Position numbers and translations under genes: made by a program | In this document: one piece after another, positions 19,382 through 29,762 of the stretch | How the letters are laid out: each line of letters starts with the position of its first letter | Numbering within the stretch: position 1 is the first letter of the stretch | Notes under the pieces: model-generated | The model's input: only the letters and a program-made list of their open reading frames with translations | What the model was told of the DNA's origin: nothing | Databases searched by the model: none | Source of the DNA: an uncultured Solirubrobacterales bacterium | GTDB lineage: Bacteria > Actinomycetota > Thermoleophilia > Solirubrobacterales > Solirubrobacteraceae | Assembly (NCBI GenBank): GCA_963813745.1 | Contig: CAWEZW010000006.1 | Span: forward strand, 39,707-103,706 | DNA: 64,000 bases | Direction: 5' to 3'

Positions 19382-21241
19382 TCAGGAGACGGCAAAGAGC
19401 GTGAGCTCCTCCCGCGGGTGCTCCTGTGCCTGCGAAACGGGCGTCTTGGCGGGACGCAGATCCCGCACCGCCAGCGGCTCGATCGCCCGCTCCTGAGCCT
19501 CGGCCCCCTGCCCGGCGGCCCGCACCTGGCGCAGCACCAGCCGCGGCTCGGTGACGCCGTTCCACTCGTTGATCTCCAGCGTGAAGGTCGCTTCGGCCGG
19601 CTCACCCGCCGCGACCGGCAGGCGCCCGCCGCTGCCGAAGGCGACGCCACGCGCGCGCGCTCCGGTATCCCCGGACTCGACGGTGAAGCGAACGTGCTTG
19701 CCCTCTCCCATCGGGCGCAGGTCTCCGAACACAGCGTCGGCGACGAGCAGCGACACGCCCGGGTTGCCGCGCCCGAACGGCCCCAGCGAGCGCAGCTCCT
19801 CCGCAAGCTCCATGTCCAGCTCCCCGCAGTCGACGACGGCGTCGACCCGCTCCAGGGGGGCCGTGTCCGTGAGCAAGAGCACCTCCTCGGTGTGCGCGCA
19901 GAACGCCTCGGCGAACTGCTCGACGCGCTCACGCTCGATCTCCAGGCCCGCCGCGGCGCGGTGGCCGCCGAAGCGGCGCAGGTGCCCACCACAGGCAGTG
20001 AGACCCGCGAGCAGGTCGAACGCGTCGATGCCCCCACGCCCCGAGCCCTTGCCGACGTCCCCGCTCAGCGCGATCAGTACGACCGGGCGCCGGTGGCGCT
20101 CGGCCAGACGCGAGGCGACGATCCCGATCACGCCGGCGTGCCAGTCCTCGCCCGCGAGCACGTAGGCCGACCGCTCGCCAAGCGCGGCGATCTGGGCTTC
20201 GGCTTCGTAGCGGATGCGTGACTCCACCTGCCGGCGCTCGTGGTTGGCGCGGCCCAGCTCCTCGGCGACCTGCGCCGCGCGCAGATCCTCCTCGGTCAGG
20301 ATCAGCTCCAGAGGAGCGTCGGCCCGGTAGAGCCGCCCGGCGGCGTTCAGGCGGGGCGCCAGCGCGAAGGCGACCGAGCGCTCGTCAAGCTTTGCTGGAT
20401 CGACCCGGGCGACCGCCATCAAGGCGCGTAACCCGGGCTTGGCGGTGCCCGCGAGCGCGCGCAGCCCGCGCCGCACGAGCGTGCGGTTCTCACCCGTCAG
20501 CGACACCACATCGGCGATCGTCGCCAGCGCCACCAGGTCGAGGTCCTCCGCCAGGGCGCGCGCGCCCGGCCGGGCAGGATCGACCACGTCCCCACGCGCA
20601 AGATCCTCCGACGCGGCCGCCTGCTCGAGTGCCTGGGCCAGCTTGTGGGCGACGGCCGTGGCGCAGAGATCTGGGCACGGATAGCCACAGACCACCGGAT
20701 GGACGATCGGGGCGTCGGGCAGCACCCCGTCGGCGCGAGGAGAGTGGTGGTCGGTGACCACCACCTCCATTGCGAGCGCCTTTGCCTGCTCGACCTCCGT
20801 GACGGCGGTGATCGCGCAGTCGACTGTAATCAGCAGGCGCGTGCCCTGCTGGGCGAGCCGCCGCACCGTGGCCAGGTTCAGCCCGTAGCCGTCGCTCGCC
20901 CGGTCGGGTAGGTACCAGTCGACGTTCGCCCCGAGGCGGCGCAGCGAGCGCACCAGCACGGCCGTGGAGCAGATCCCATCGACGTCGTAGTCGCCGTGGA
21001 TCGTGATCCGCTCGCCGGCGGCGACGTGCCGCAGGATCGGCTCGATCGCAAGCTCGATCCCCGCAAACTCGGTGGGCGAATGTTCCTCCTCAGCCGCTAG
21101 AAACGCGCGTGCGAGCACCGGCTCGGCCAGCCCGCGCCGCACCAGGATCTGCGCTAGCGGCCCGCTAACCCGAAGCTCTCGCTCCAGCAGCTCGGCATCG
21201 CCCGGCGGGCAATCGGGAATCTCAAAGCGGGGCCTCTCCAT
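19382..21241 (-). CDS. recJ: ssDNA-specific exonuclease RecJ
   Basis: GDYDVDG, TVDC, TDHH, PRLNAAGR, GGHRAAAG, PFGRGNP. Confidence 0.96.
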   Translation of the reverse strand: MERPRFEIPDCPPGDAELLERELRVSGPLAQILVRRGLAEPVLARAFLAAEEEHSPTEFAGIELAIEPILRHVAAGERITIHGDYDVDGICSTAVLVRSLRRLGANVDWYLPDRASDGYGLNLATVRRLAQQGTRLLITVDCAITAVTEVEQAKALAMEVVVTDHHSPRADGVLPDAPIVHPVVCGYPCPDLCATAVAHKLAQALEQAAASEDLARGDVVDPARPGARALAEDLDLVALATIADVVSLTGENRTLVRRGLRALAGTAKPGLRALMAVARVDPAKLDERSVAFALAPRLNAAGRLYRADAPLELILTEEDLRAAQVAEELGRANHERRQVESRIRYEAEAQIAALGERSAYVLAGEDWHAGVIGIVASRLAERHRRPVVLIALSGDVGKGSGRGGIDAFDLLAGLTACGGHLRRFGGHRAAAGLEIERERVEQFAEAFCAHTEEVLLLTDTAPLERVDAVVDCGELDMELAEELRSLGPFGRGNPGVSLLVADAVFGDLRPMGEGKHVRFTVESGDTGARARGVAFGSGGRLPVAAGEPAEATFTLEINEWNGVTEPRLVLRQVRAAGQGAEAQERAIEPLAVRDLRPAKTPVSQAQEHPREELTLFAVS

Positions 21242-21247
21242 CCAGCC

Positions 21248-21269
21248 AGGTTACGGCGAGCGCGGGACG
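21248..21269 (-). promoter_or_regulatory. CGTCCC-N10-TAACCT promoter before leaderless recJ
   Basis: Same geometry as the motifs before ruvA, xseA and the SNF2 gene; -10 ends 6 nt before the ATG. Confidence 0.6.
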
Positions 21270-21297
21270 GAACTCTGTCCCGCGCTCGCTCTTCGTC

Positions 21298-21576
21298 TCA
21301 GCCGCTCCGTTCGCGGCGGATGCCCTCGAGGTACACGAGCGCGATGCCGATCAGGGCGCCCGGGACCGCGTACAGCACGACCTTGATGTCCGTCGCCTTC
21401 TGGCCGGGGATCTCCAGGGCCGACACTTTCACGCCGTAGATCAGCAGGCCGATCGCGACCGCGCCGACGAGCGAACCGACGAACGCGCCCACGATGCCGC
21501 CCCAGAAACGGTCGGGCAGGAAGATCGTGAAGTGCCAGATCGCGAGGCCCATCATCACCCAGCCGAGCATCCCCAT
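21298..21576 (-). CDS. Small integral membrane protein (about 3 TM)
   Basis: 92-aa hydrophobic ORF whose ATG overlaps the secDF stop. Confidence 0.75.
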   Translation of the reverse strand: MGMLGWVMMGLAIWHFTIFLPDRFWGGIVGAFVGSLVGAVAIGLLIYGVKVSALEIPGQKATDIKVVLYAVPGALIGIALVYLEGIRRERSG

Positions 21577-24500
21577 CAGCGCGACCTCCCGTGCCGTTTG
21601 TTGCGCGGTCGTTTGGTGCGCTCGCGCCGCTTCGGCGCTTCCTTCAGCACCAGATCCTCGGGCGTGAGGTCGGCCGCCGGGTCGCGTGTCTCCGCGGGGG
21701 CGGCCGGCTGCTCGGGCTGCTCCTGCACCGCGGGGCGCTGCGCGACCGCGGCGCGACCCCGCTGCTTCTGCTTCTGCGGCTCGGCGTCGACGTCCAGGTC
21801 CTGCACCAGTTCCTGGAACTCGTCGCGGGAGATCTGCTCGCCGGGCTCCTCGGGGGCGGTGATGCGCCCGCGCCGCGTCCGTTTGCGCTCCTGCGTGGGC
21901 TCCACGTCGACGGGCTCGCCCCCCAGCGCCGTCGCGTACGCCGGCACGGCGCCGAGTTCGCGCACGATCCGCGCGCGGCGAGAGCGGTAGGAGCCCTCGC
22001 GTTCCTTCCAGTGGGTCAGCACCGGCGAGGCGATGAAGATCGAGGAGTAAGCACCCGAGGCGATCCCGATCATCAGCGCGAACGCGAAGTCCTTCAGCGT
22101 TTCCCCGCCAAACAAGAGCAGCGCGATCACCGGCAAGAGTGTGCAGAAGCTCGTCGCCAGCGATCTTGTCAGCACCTCTGACATCGATCTGTTAACGATC
22201 TGCGAGAATGCGGCCCTGGGCATTCGCGGGACGTTCTCGCGCACACGATCGAACACGATAATCGTGTCGTACAGCGAATACCCGAGGATCGTCAGCAGCG
22301 CCGCGACCGTCGCCGTCGTCACTTCGCGGCCGGTCAGCGAATAGACGCCCGCCGTGATCAGCAGGTCGTGCATCAACGCGATCAACACGGGAATCGCGTA
22401 CTTCCACTCGAATCTGAGCGCGATGTACGCGGAGATCACGAGCAGCGAGGCGATGATCGCGATCACCGCGCTGTTGGCGACCGTTTTGCCGAAGGTCGGG
22501 CCGATCGAGGTCGAGGACCAGTGGGGCGTACCGGATTCGCTGGAGCCGTTGCCGAACTTCGCGTCGAAGGCTGCCCTGATCTTCGCGACCTTTTCCGGCT
22601 GTAGCGTCTCGGTCGAGATCTGAAAGCCCGTGCCGGCGACACTCTTGCTCTTGAACTGTTGGACCTCTGCGTTGCCGTAGCCGGCGGCCGTCATCACGGC
22701 GGCCACCTGCTTCTCGCTGACGGGCTTGACGAACGCTGTCTGGATCCGCGTACCGGACTTGAAGTCGATCCCGAAGTTGATCCCCTTCCCGCCGATCGCC
22801 AGCGCCCCGATCAAGAGGATCGTGCCCGACAGCGAGAAGAACCACTTCGAGGCGCCCATGAAGTCGAACGTCCAGCCTTTCCCGCGCCGCGCCGCGCCGA
22901 GCGCGGCCGGGTGGGAGACCAGCGGCGAGCGGCTCATCGCGCCGAGCGCCGCCTGCGTGGCGAGCACCGCGGTGAACAGCGTCAACAGCGTGCCGATGCC
23001 GAGCGTGAACGCGAACCCCTTGACTTCGGCGGTCGCGAGCGCGAACAGGATGAACGCGGTCATGAACGTAACCACGTTCGCGTCGACGATCGCCGCGAAC
23101 CCGCGCCGGTAGCCCGTGGCGATGCCGGAGACGATCGATCTGCCGCCGCGGATCTCCTCCTTGACGCGCTCGAAGATCACGATGTTCGCGTCGGCGGCGA
23201 TCCCGATCGTGAGGATCAGCCCGGCGATCCCGGGCAGGGTCAGCGTGATCGGGATCAGCTTGATCAGCGCGAAGTAGTAGATCCCGTAGATCACGAGCCC
23301 GCCGATCGCGATCGCGCCGAGCACGCGGTAGAAGGTCAGCAGGAACAGACACACGACGGCGAGGCCGAGGAGGCCCGCCAACAGGCCCTGGCTGAGCGCC
23401 TGTTTGCCGAGCGTCGCCGACACCTGTGACTGGGAGATCAGGTTCAGCTTGATCGGCAGCGCCCCGGACTGCAGCTCGTCCGCGAGGTTTTCCGCGGAGG
23501 TCAACGTGAAGCCGCCGGAGATCTCAGAGCCCTGCGAGCTGTCGATCCCTTCGGGGTACTTCGTGTAGTCGATCGACGGCGCCGTGATCACCTGGCCGTC
23601 GAGCACGATCGCGAAGTGCTGCTGCGCCGCTTCCTTGCTCACGCCCGGCAGCTGCGCTTCCTGACCGCGCTCGGCGATTTCCTTGGTGACCTGCTGAAAC
23701 ACGCTCTTCCCATGTGAGGTGAAGCCGAAGTTCACGTCCGGCTGGCCCGATTCGCTTTCCGAGCTCTCCTGCGGGTTGGTGATGTCCTTGCCTTCCAGCA
23801 CCGGGTCGTCGTTGAGCACGTACCAGCTGTTCGGCGAGGCCTGCGTGACCTTCCCGGCGGCGCTTTCCACCGGGCGCGCCTGCACGAGCACGGTGCCGGG
23901 ATTGACGCGCACCGCCTTCGTCTCTGCGCCCGCCGGCGCCTTGAAACCTTCGGAGTAGAGGTTCGCTTTGGTTTCCTCGGGCCCGCGCAGGATCTTTTCG
24001 TGCTTGGTGTCGAGCAGGTACCAGGTCCCGTAGATGCAGCCTTCCTTCTGTTCCGGCGTGCAGCCCGGGCTCAGCGTCGTGTCGCTCTTGCGGATGATCG
24101 CCGGGCGTTTGGCCGCGCGCAGCACGGCCTGGTACTCGAGCAGCCCCGCCGCCGAGGAGGCCGCCTGCTCCCCGCCGGTGACGGTGGATTCGCTCGGCGC
24201 CGGCTTGCCGTCGGGGCCGATCACATTCGGCTCCCAGTCGTAGAAGTACAGCAGCGCGGTCTTGCCCACCTGCGCTTCCGCGCGCCCCGAGTCGCTCACG
24301 TTCGGCAGCGCCACGACGATTTCGTCCTTGCCCGAGATCTGGATTTCCGGCTCGGAGACGCCCAGCACATCGACACGCTTGCGCATGATGTCGATCGCGC
24401 GGTTCAGCGATTCGGAGTCGACCTTCGACTGCGCGGTCGGACGAGCCTGATAGGTGAGCTCGACGCCGCCCTTCAGGTCCAGGCCGAGACGCGTTTTCTT

Positions 24501-24602
24501 CGCCTTCACGACGCCGGGGATGCCAACGATCACGAGCAGCGACAGGATCACCAGCCCGGCGACGATCAGCAGTACGAAGGTGTTGCGGCGGCGGTCGGTC
24601 AT
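21576..24602 (-). CDS. secDF: Fused protein translocase subunit SecDF
   Basis: LGLDLKGG, GVSEP, DANIVIFERVKEE, GIDFKSG, GYSLYDTIIVFDRVRE. Confidence 0.96.
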   Translation of the reverse strand: MTDRRRNTFVLLIVAGLVILSLLVIVGIPGVVKAKKTRLGLDLKGGVELTYQARPTAQSKVDSESLNRAIDIMRKRVDVLGVSEPEIQISGKDEIVVALPNVSDSGRAEAQVGKTALLYFYDWEPNVIGPDGKPAPSESTVTGGEQAASSAAGLLEYQAVLRAAKRPAIIRKSDTTLSPGCTPEQKEGCIYGTWYLLDTKHEKILRGPEETKANLYSEGFKAPAGAETKAVRVNPGTVLVQARPVESAAGKVTQASPNSWYVLNDDPVLEGKDITNPQESSESESGQPDVNFGFTSHGKSVFQQVTKEIAERGQEAQLPGVSKEAAQQHFAIVLDGQVITAPSIDYTKYPEGIDSSQGSEISGGFTLTSAENLADELQSGALPIKLNLISQSQVSATLGKQALSQGLLAGLLGLAVVCLFLLTFYRVLGAIAIGGLVIYGIYYFALIKLIPITLTLPGIAGLILTIGIAADANIVIFERVKEEIRGGRSIVSGIATGYRRGFAAIVDANVVTFMTAFILFALATAEVKGFAFTLGIGTLLTLFTAVLATQAALGAMSRSPLVSHPAALGAARRGKGWTFDFMGASKWFFSLSGTILLIGALAIGGKGINFGIDFKSGTRIQTAFVKPVSEKQVAAVMTAAGYGNAEVQQFKSKSVAGTGFQISTETLQPEKVAKIRAAFDAKFGNGSSESGTPHWSSTSIGPTFGKTVANSAVIAIIASLLVISAYIALRFEWKYAIPVLIALMHDLLITAGVYSLTGREVTTATVAALLTILGYSLYDTIIVFDRVRENVPRMPRAAFSQIVNRSMSEVLTRSLATSFCTLLPVIALLLFGGETLKDFAFALMIGIASGAYSSIFIASPVLTHWKEREGSYRSRRARIVRELGAVPAYATALGGEPVDVEPTQERKRTRRGRITAPEEPGEQISRDEFQELVQDLDVDAEPQKQKQRGRAAVAQRPAVQEQPEQPAAPAETRDPAADLTPEDLVLKEAPKRRERTKRPRNKRHGRSR

Positions 24603-24616
24603 GACTCAAGCTCAGC

Positions 24617-25066
24617 CTACTTGTCGGGCGTCAGCACTAGCAACAGCCCGCCGTCGTCGTCATAGGCCGGAAACATGTCCGCCCTCGCGCTCGCCGCCAC
24701 GTCACGTTCGCCCGCAACCTCGACCGGCACCTCCAGCGCTCTTACGCCCCACTCCAGGACGGTCGCGACCGGATCGTCGCCGTTTTGAAAGCTCAGCCCG
24801 AGCACCTGCTCCACCCGCTGGCCGATCACCTCCTCCTCCTCCAGGCCCGTGAAGGCGAACGAGTTCTTGCCGCAGCCGATCACCCGGCCCTGGCCGTCGC
24901 AGACGAAGAACGCCGCGTCCGGCGCCGGGTAGTAGTCGTCGAGCAGTTCGAACAGGAACGCGAACCCGCACTTCGTGCAGCCCTTGCGCTGGCGCGTGAA
25001 GCCGAGGTTGCGGTCGAGCTCTGAGGTGCGGTGCCCGCAGTTTGGGCAGATGAACGGGTGGGCCAT
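24617..25066 (-). CDS. Zinc-ribbon + PAS-like domain protein
   Basis: CPNC...CTKC, then AFFVCDGQGRVIG...FTGLEEEEVIGQ (PAS signature). Confidence 0.75.
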   Translation of the reverse strand: MAHPFICPNCGHRTSELDRNLGFTRQRKGCTKCGFAFLFELLDDYYPAPDAAFFVCDGQGRVIGCGKNSFAFTGLEEEEVIGQRVEQVLGLSFQNGDDPVATVLEWGVRALEVPVEVAGERDVAASARADMFPAYDDDGGLLLVLTPDK

Positions 25067-25092
25067 TGACCGACAGAGTAGGGGAGCCGACG

Positions 25093-26121
25093 CTAGAACA
25101 GCGCCGGGTCGACCGCGGCGGCCGGTGAGTTGAGGCCTAAATGAAGGAAGGCCGCCGGCGTCGCCGCGCGGCCTCGCGGGGTGCGCTTGATCAGGCCCTG
25201 CATCAGCAGGTACGGCTCGTAGACGTCCTCGATCGTGTCCTGCTCCTCCCCCACGGCCACTGCCAGCGTCGAGAGCCCCACCGGGCCGCCATCGAACTTC
25301 ACGCAGATCGCTCTGAGTATCTCCCGGTCCAGCCGGTCTAGCCCACGCTCGTCGACCTCCAGCAGCTCCAGCGCCGCCTCCGCGGCAGCGGCTGTAACGA
25401 CCCCCTCCATCCTGACCTCCGCGAAGTCGCGCACGCGCTTCAGCAGCCGGTTCGCCACGCGCGGCGTGCCGCGGCTGCGCGCCGCGATCGCGATCGCACC
25501 GTCGTCCTCCAGGCCGATCTCGAGGATCCCCGCCGAGCGTGAGACGATGCTCGCCAGCTCCGCCACCGCATAGGGCTCCAACCGCGCCTGGATGCCGAAA
25601 CGGTCGCGCAACGGCGTCGTCAAGAGGCCCGTGCGCGTGGTGGCGCCAACGAGTGTGAACGGCGGCAGCTCCAGCGTCACCACGCGCGCGCCCGCGCCCT
25701 GCCCGACAGTGATCGGCAGCCTGTGATCCTCCATCGCCGGGTAAAACGTCTCCTCCAGCGTGCGTGACAGGCGGTGAATCTCATCCACAAAGAACACGCT
25801 CCGCGGCTCCAGGGCAGTCAGGAACGCCGCGATGTCGCCCTTACGCTCGAGCGCCGGGCCGGCAGTCTGCACGAACGGCACTTCCAGCTCCGCCGCGACG
25901 ATCTGCGCAAGCGAGGTCTTGCCGAGGCCCGGTGGCCCCGCCAGCAGCAGGTGGTCGAGCGCCTCCCCGCGCGCGCTCGCCGCCTCGATCGCAACGCCGA
26001 GCTGCTCCAGCAGCGTTTTTTGCCCGACGAAGTCCTGCAGGCGTCGCGGGCGCAGCGAACGGTCGAGCTCGTCCTCCTCGACCAGGTAAGGCGTTTGGAT
26101 GCGGGCGGTCTCGGCGGTCAT
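25093..26121 (-). CDS. ruvB: Holliday junction branch migration ATPase RuvB
   Basis: [28 protein letters not shown]. Confidence 0.97.
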   Translation of the reverse strand: MTAETARIQTPYLVEEDELDRSLRPRRLQDFVGQKTLLEQLGVAIEAASARGEALDHLLLAGPPGLGKTSLAQIVAAELEVPFVQTAGPALERKGDIAAFLTALEPRSVFFVDEIHRLSRTLEETFYPAMEDHRLPITVGQGAGARVVTLELPPFTLVGATTRTGLLTTPLRDRFGIQARLEPYAVAELASIVSRSAGILEIGLEDDGAIAIAARSRGTPRVANRLLKRVRDFAEVRMEGVVTAAAAEAALELLEVDERGLDRLDREILRAICVKFDGGPVGLSTLAVAVGEEQDTIEDVYEPYLLMQGLIKRTPRGRAATPAAFLHLGLNSPAAAVDPALF

Positions 26122-26699
26122 TGTGCGCGCGCCGTCCTCAGCGCTTGCGCCAGCAGTTCCTCGGCGCTGTCTCCCTCCGCATTCCGCAACAGCTCCTCCG
26201 CCTCGCCGGGTGCGTACCCCAACTCGATCAGCCCGTCGCGGGCCAACGCCATTGGACCATTGCCCCGGCGCGCCACGATCGGACCGTTCGGAGCGGCGTC
26301 GCCGACCTTCTCGCGGAGCTCGACGATGATCCGCTCCGCCGTGCGCTTGCCGATCCCCTGCACCGCCTGAAAGCGGGCCGCGTCCTGCCCCGCGATCGCC
26401 GCCTGTAGCTCGCGCGGCGTCCCGCCGGAGAGCACGGCCAGCGCCACCTTCGGACCGACCGCCTGCACCGATAGCAGCATCAGGAACAGATCGCGCTCCT
26501 CCTCGGAGTGAAAGCCGTACAACGACAGGGCGTCGTCACGCACGATCAGGTGGGCGTGCAGGGTCGTCTCCTCGCCCGCCGCGGGGACGTGCCGCAGCGT
26601 CTCCGCCGAGACCGCGGCGCGGTAGCCGACGCCGGCGCAGAGGATCACGACGTGATCGGTGCGGCGGACCGCCACCTCGCCCTTCAGCATCCCAATCAT
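26118..26699 (-). CDS. ruvA: Holliday junction binding protein RuvA
   Basis: [35 protein letters not shown]. Confidence 0.96.
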   Translation of the reverse strand: MIGMLKGEVAVRRTDHVVILCAGVGYRAAVSAETLRHVPAAGEETTLHAHLIVRDDALSLYGFHSEEERDLFLMLLSVQAVGPKVALAVLSGGTPRELQAAIAGQDAARFQAVQGIGKRTAERIIVELREKVGDAAPNGPIVARRGNGPMALARDGLIELGYAPGEAEELLRNAEGDSAEELLAQALRTARAQ

Positions 26700-26778
26700 C
26701 TGTTGGCACCCGCGATCATCTTGGTTGTGATTCTGCGCATGGGGTCGGACGCCTGCCTTCCGCCGCTGGACCGGACAA

Positions 26779-27300
26779 TCAAAGTGACGTAGGCCGGGAC
26801 CGATGGTCCAGGACAAGCTGCCTTGCCTGCTCGACGTCCAGCTCTTCGATCTGCTTCGCGGTCATGTGCAGTTCGCCCACGAGCACCGCGAGGACCCACG
26901 CCTCGTGCTCGACCGGTTGCTCTGTGTCCATGGGCGCGGACTGAGCAACGGGCTCACCGGAGGTGAGCGCCTCCCGAAAAGGGGTCGGGTAAATCTTGGC
27001 ACCGATCAGCAAGGCGCGTCGATCGGCCTCAGGCGTGAGGATCAACCGCAACAGCCACGGCATCTGCTCGGCACGATCGGTCTGCGCATAGAAGTGCAAA
27101 CGCTCGAAGTACCGCTCGGCGTAGGCGAGGACCAACTCCTCGAGCTCCAAAGCGGCATGCTCGAACGTCTCGCCACCGGCAACCAGGTTCAGCTCGGACT
27201 GGCGCAGTACGAACTCCCCGTCGGACACGCTCGAGAGTGTGTGGAAGTCGAAGTGATCCAGAATCCGCGGTTGAGTCAGTGCCACGGGTGCGCCATGCAT
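26779..27300 (-). CDS. Hypothetical protein with antitoxin-like (HicB/PHD-like) segment, inserted between ruvC and ruvA
   Basis: ELNLVAGGETFEHAALELEELVLAYAERYF pattern; atypical codon usage; start uncertain. Confidence 0.5.
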   Translation of the reverse strand: MHGAPVALTQPRILDHFDFHTLSSVSDGEFVLRQSELNLVAGGETFEHAALELEELVLAYAERYFERLHFYAQTDRAEQMPWLLRLILTPEADRRALLIGAKIYPTPFREALTSGEPVAQSAPMDTEQPVEHEAWVLAVLVGELHMTAKQIEELDVEQARQLVLDHRSRPTSL

Positions 27301-27307
27301 GTCGAGG

Positions 27308-27808
27308 TCACACCGTGACACCCGCGAGCGCGGCCGACAGCGGCGCGCGGTTGGCGTGGCACATCGCGACCGCCAGCGCGTCGGATGCGTGGTCCGGGGC
27401 GGGCGCCTGGGGCAGCGCCAGCAGCGTCTGCACCATCCGCGCGACCTGCTCCTTGTCCGCGCGACCATTGCCGCAGACGGCGGCCTTGACCTGCTGGGGC
27501 GTGTAGCTCGTGCACTCGATCCCACGCTGTCCCGCGGCGAGCATCGCCGCGCCACGGCCATGACCGACCGCGAACGCCGTTTTCACGTTCTGGCCGAAGT
27601 ACAGCTCCTCCAGCGCCATCGCATCGGGCTCGTGCTCGGCCAGCAGCGCGTCCACCGCCGCATGGATGTCGGCCAGCCGCAGCTCCTGCGGGGACCCGGC
27701 TCGCGTCTCGATCACGCCGCCATCGAGCGCCACGAGCCGCCCGGCGGTGCTCTGCACCACGCCATAGCCCGTATTTGCCAGGCCGGGGTCGATTCCGAGA
27801 ACGATCAC
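27308..27808 (-). CDS. ruvC: Crossover junction endodeoxyribonuclease RuvC
   Basis: LGIDPG, ALEELYF, YTPQQVK, DHASDALAVA. Confidence 0.97.
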   Translation of the reverse strand: MIVLGIDPGLANTGYGVVQSTAGRLVALDGGVIETRAGSPQELRLADIHAAVDALLAEHEPDAMALEELYFGQNVKTAFAVGHGRGAAMLAAGQRGIECTSYTPQQVKAAVCGNGRADKEQVARMVQTLLALPQAPAPDHASDALAVAMCHANRAPLSAALAGVTV

Positions 27809-27867
27809 GGTCAGTGATTCTGCGCCCGCGCCTCGGACGCCTGCCTTCGGCTGACCTGCTACGCTGC

Positions 27868-28994
27868 ATCCTCACCACCGCCGAAGGCCAGATCGACTTC
27901 GTCGCCGAGGGCCTGCTCGATGGCCTGCAGGGCGAGCAGCGCGCCGAGCGGAGGCGCTGCTTCGGTACCTCGCCACCGACGGAGTACCCTCAGCGATCTG
28001 CAGCGCACCACGAGTTCCGGCACACTGATGTTCCTGCCCGCCGAGCGCGTGATCGGCGGGCGCGCCCGCTATACGGCGCGCGAGATCGCGAGCAGCGCGG
28101 GACGGAGCTCGACTTCCTGATCGCCGTCCGCCGCGCGATGGGCCTGCCGATCCCCGAGCCGGACGAGCCCGTCTACACCGAGGGCGACCTCGAGTCGGTG
28201 CGCATGACCCAGGTCGTTCGCGCGGCCGGATCTCCGACGAGGAGATCCTCGATCTGCTGCGCACGCTTGGGCGCGGCCTCTCCCAGACCGCGGAGACGAT
28301 GCGGCGCTGACATGCGACTCGTGCTCGAGCCCGGCGTGAGCGAGCACGAACTCGCCCAGCGCTACGCCTACGCGGCCTCGCAGCTCTCGCCCATGCTGGG
28401 GCCACTGGTCACAACCTGTTGACGCTGCACCTGCGCGAGATGGCCCAGAGCGAGGCGATCAGCGCCGCCGAGCGCAGCGGTGGACAGCTCGCCGGCTCGC
28501 GCGAGATCGCCGTCTGCTTCGCCGACCTCGTCGGCTTCACCCGCCTCGGCGAGGACGTCCCGCCCGATGAGCTCGCCCGCAAGGCGGTCCGTCTGGAGGC
28601 GCTCACGACCGAAGTGATCGATGCGCCCGTCCGCCTGATCAAGACGATCGGCGACGCCGCGATGCTCACCTCCTTGGAGCCCGAGCCGCTGCTCGACGCC
28701 GCGCTCACGCTGCTCGACGCCACCGAGGCCGAGTGCGAGGACTTCCCCCAACTGCGCGCCGGCATCGCAATCGGCCCGGCCCTCTCACGCGCCGGAGACT
28801 GGTTCGGTCGCCCCGTCAATCTGGCCAGCCGTATCACTCAGGTCGCCCGCCCCGGCAGCCTCTTGGCCGAGCGCGAGGTGCGCGAGTCCGCGCGCGAGGC
28901 CTACCGCTGGTCCTACGCGGGCGAACGGCGCCTGCGCGGCATCCGCGAGCCCGTGCCCCTGTTCCGCGCGCGGCGACTCGCGGAGCCTAAATGA
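27868..28994 (+). CDS. Class III adenylate cyclase with Rv1264-like regulatory N-terminus (several frameshifts; start uncertain)
   Basis: GLLDGLQGEQRAER N-terminus; FADLVGFT, IKTIGDA, GDWFGRPVNLASR. Confidence 0.88.
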
Positions 28995-29369
28995 TCTCCA
29001 GCGGTAGATCAGGGTCAAGTCGGCGCAGATCCTCCGGATCGCTCGTCACTGCCGGCTGTCGATACCTGCGCGCACAGATGACCACGCTCGCGTCGACCAC
29101 GTCGCTGACCCCACGCGCCCCAAGCAGGATGCCGACCACACGGGCGAGCACATGGTCCAGCGCCACGACGCTCGTTCGGTGATCCTTCGAGCAATCGGGT
29201 AAGCGAGACCTGACGAGGACCCGTCTCGAAACGCCTGCGCCAACACCCCGGCGGGGATATTGAGGGTCGCACCGGGAGTCGTCAATGCTCGGTCCAGCAT
29301 CGCGATGACCCGTTCTTCCCCGCGCTCCAGCGCGATCAACGCGCCTGTATCAAGCGTGAACCCTCTCAA
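28987..29369 (-). CDS. vapC: VapC-like PIN toxin (frameshifted)
   Basis: LDTGALIALER...PAGVLAQ...SDVVDASVV...TSDPEDL. Confidence 0.85.
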
Positions 29370-29624
29370 TCGGGCTCCGACATCGCCATCACCCTATCCG
29401 CCCAGGCGTAGGCCTCAGCGCTGGGCTGACCGTGCTCGGCGATCAGATCCGCAACAAGATCGGCGAGGGCGTCCTCCTCGGCGACCGGCCCGGGAGTTAC
29501 CGCGGCGAGCGCCGCGGAGATGTACCCCGACACGCTCGCTGCCTCTCCCCTCTCGACAGCCTCCCGCGCTTGCTCGACCTGCTCCTGAGGGTAACGGAAT
29601 CGTGATCTTCGCCACCTTGGTCAT
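29366..29624 (-). CDS. RHH-type antitoxin (frameshifted)
   Basis: MTKVAKITI.LP.EQVEQAREAV...ASVSGYISAAL; stop overlaps the toxin start; GGTATGA direct repeat over the start (29621-29638). Confidence 0.75.
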
Positions 29625-29762
29625 ACCAGAATCATACCGCGTCTCTGAGTCGGTGGAACTTCCGTTGATTAGAGCCATACCTCTCTATCCGACGCCACCC
29701 ACCAAACGGGACAGCTGACCTGAGGAGCAAGGCGGGGACCGTGTTGCCGGCCGACGGGAAAG

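Larger units (their letters stand above)
26727..27848 (-). repeat. Duplicated promoter block before ruvA (26727-26760) and ruvC (27814-27848)
   Basis: GTGATTCTGCGC-N6/7-TCGGACGCCTGCCTTC shared (12+16 identical nt). Confidence 0.8.
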
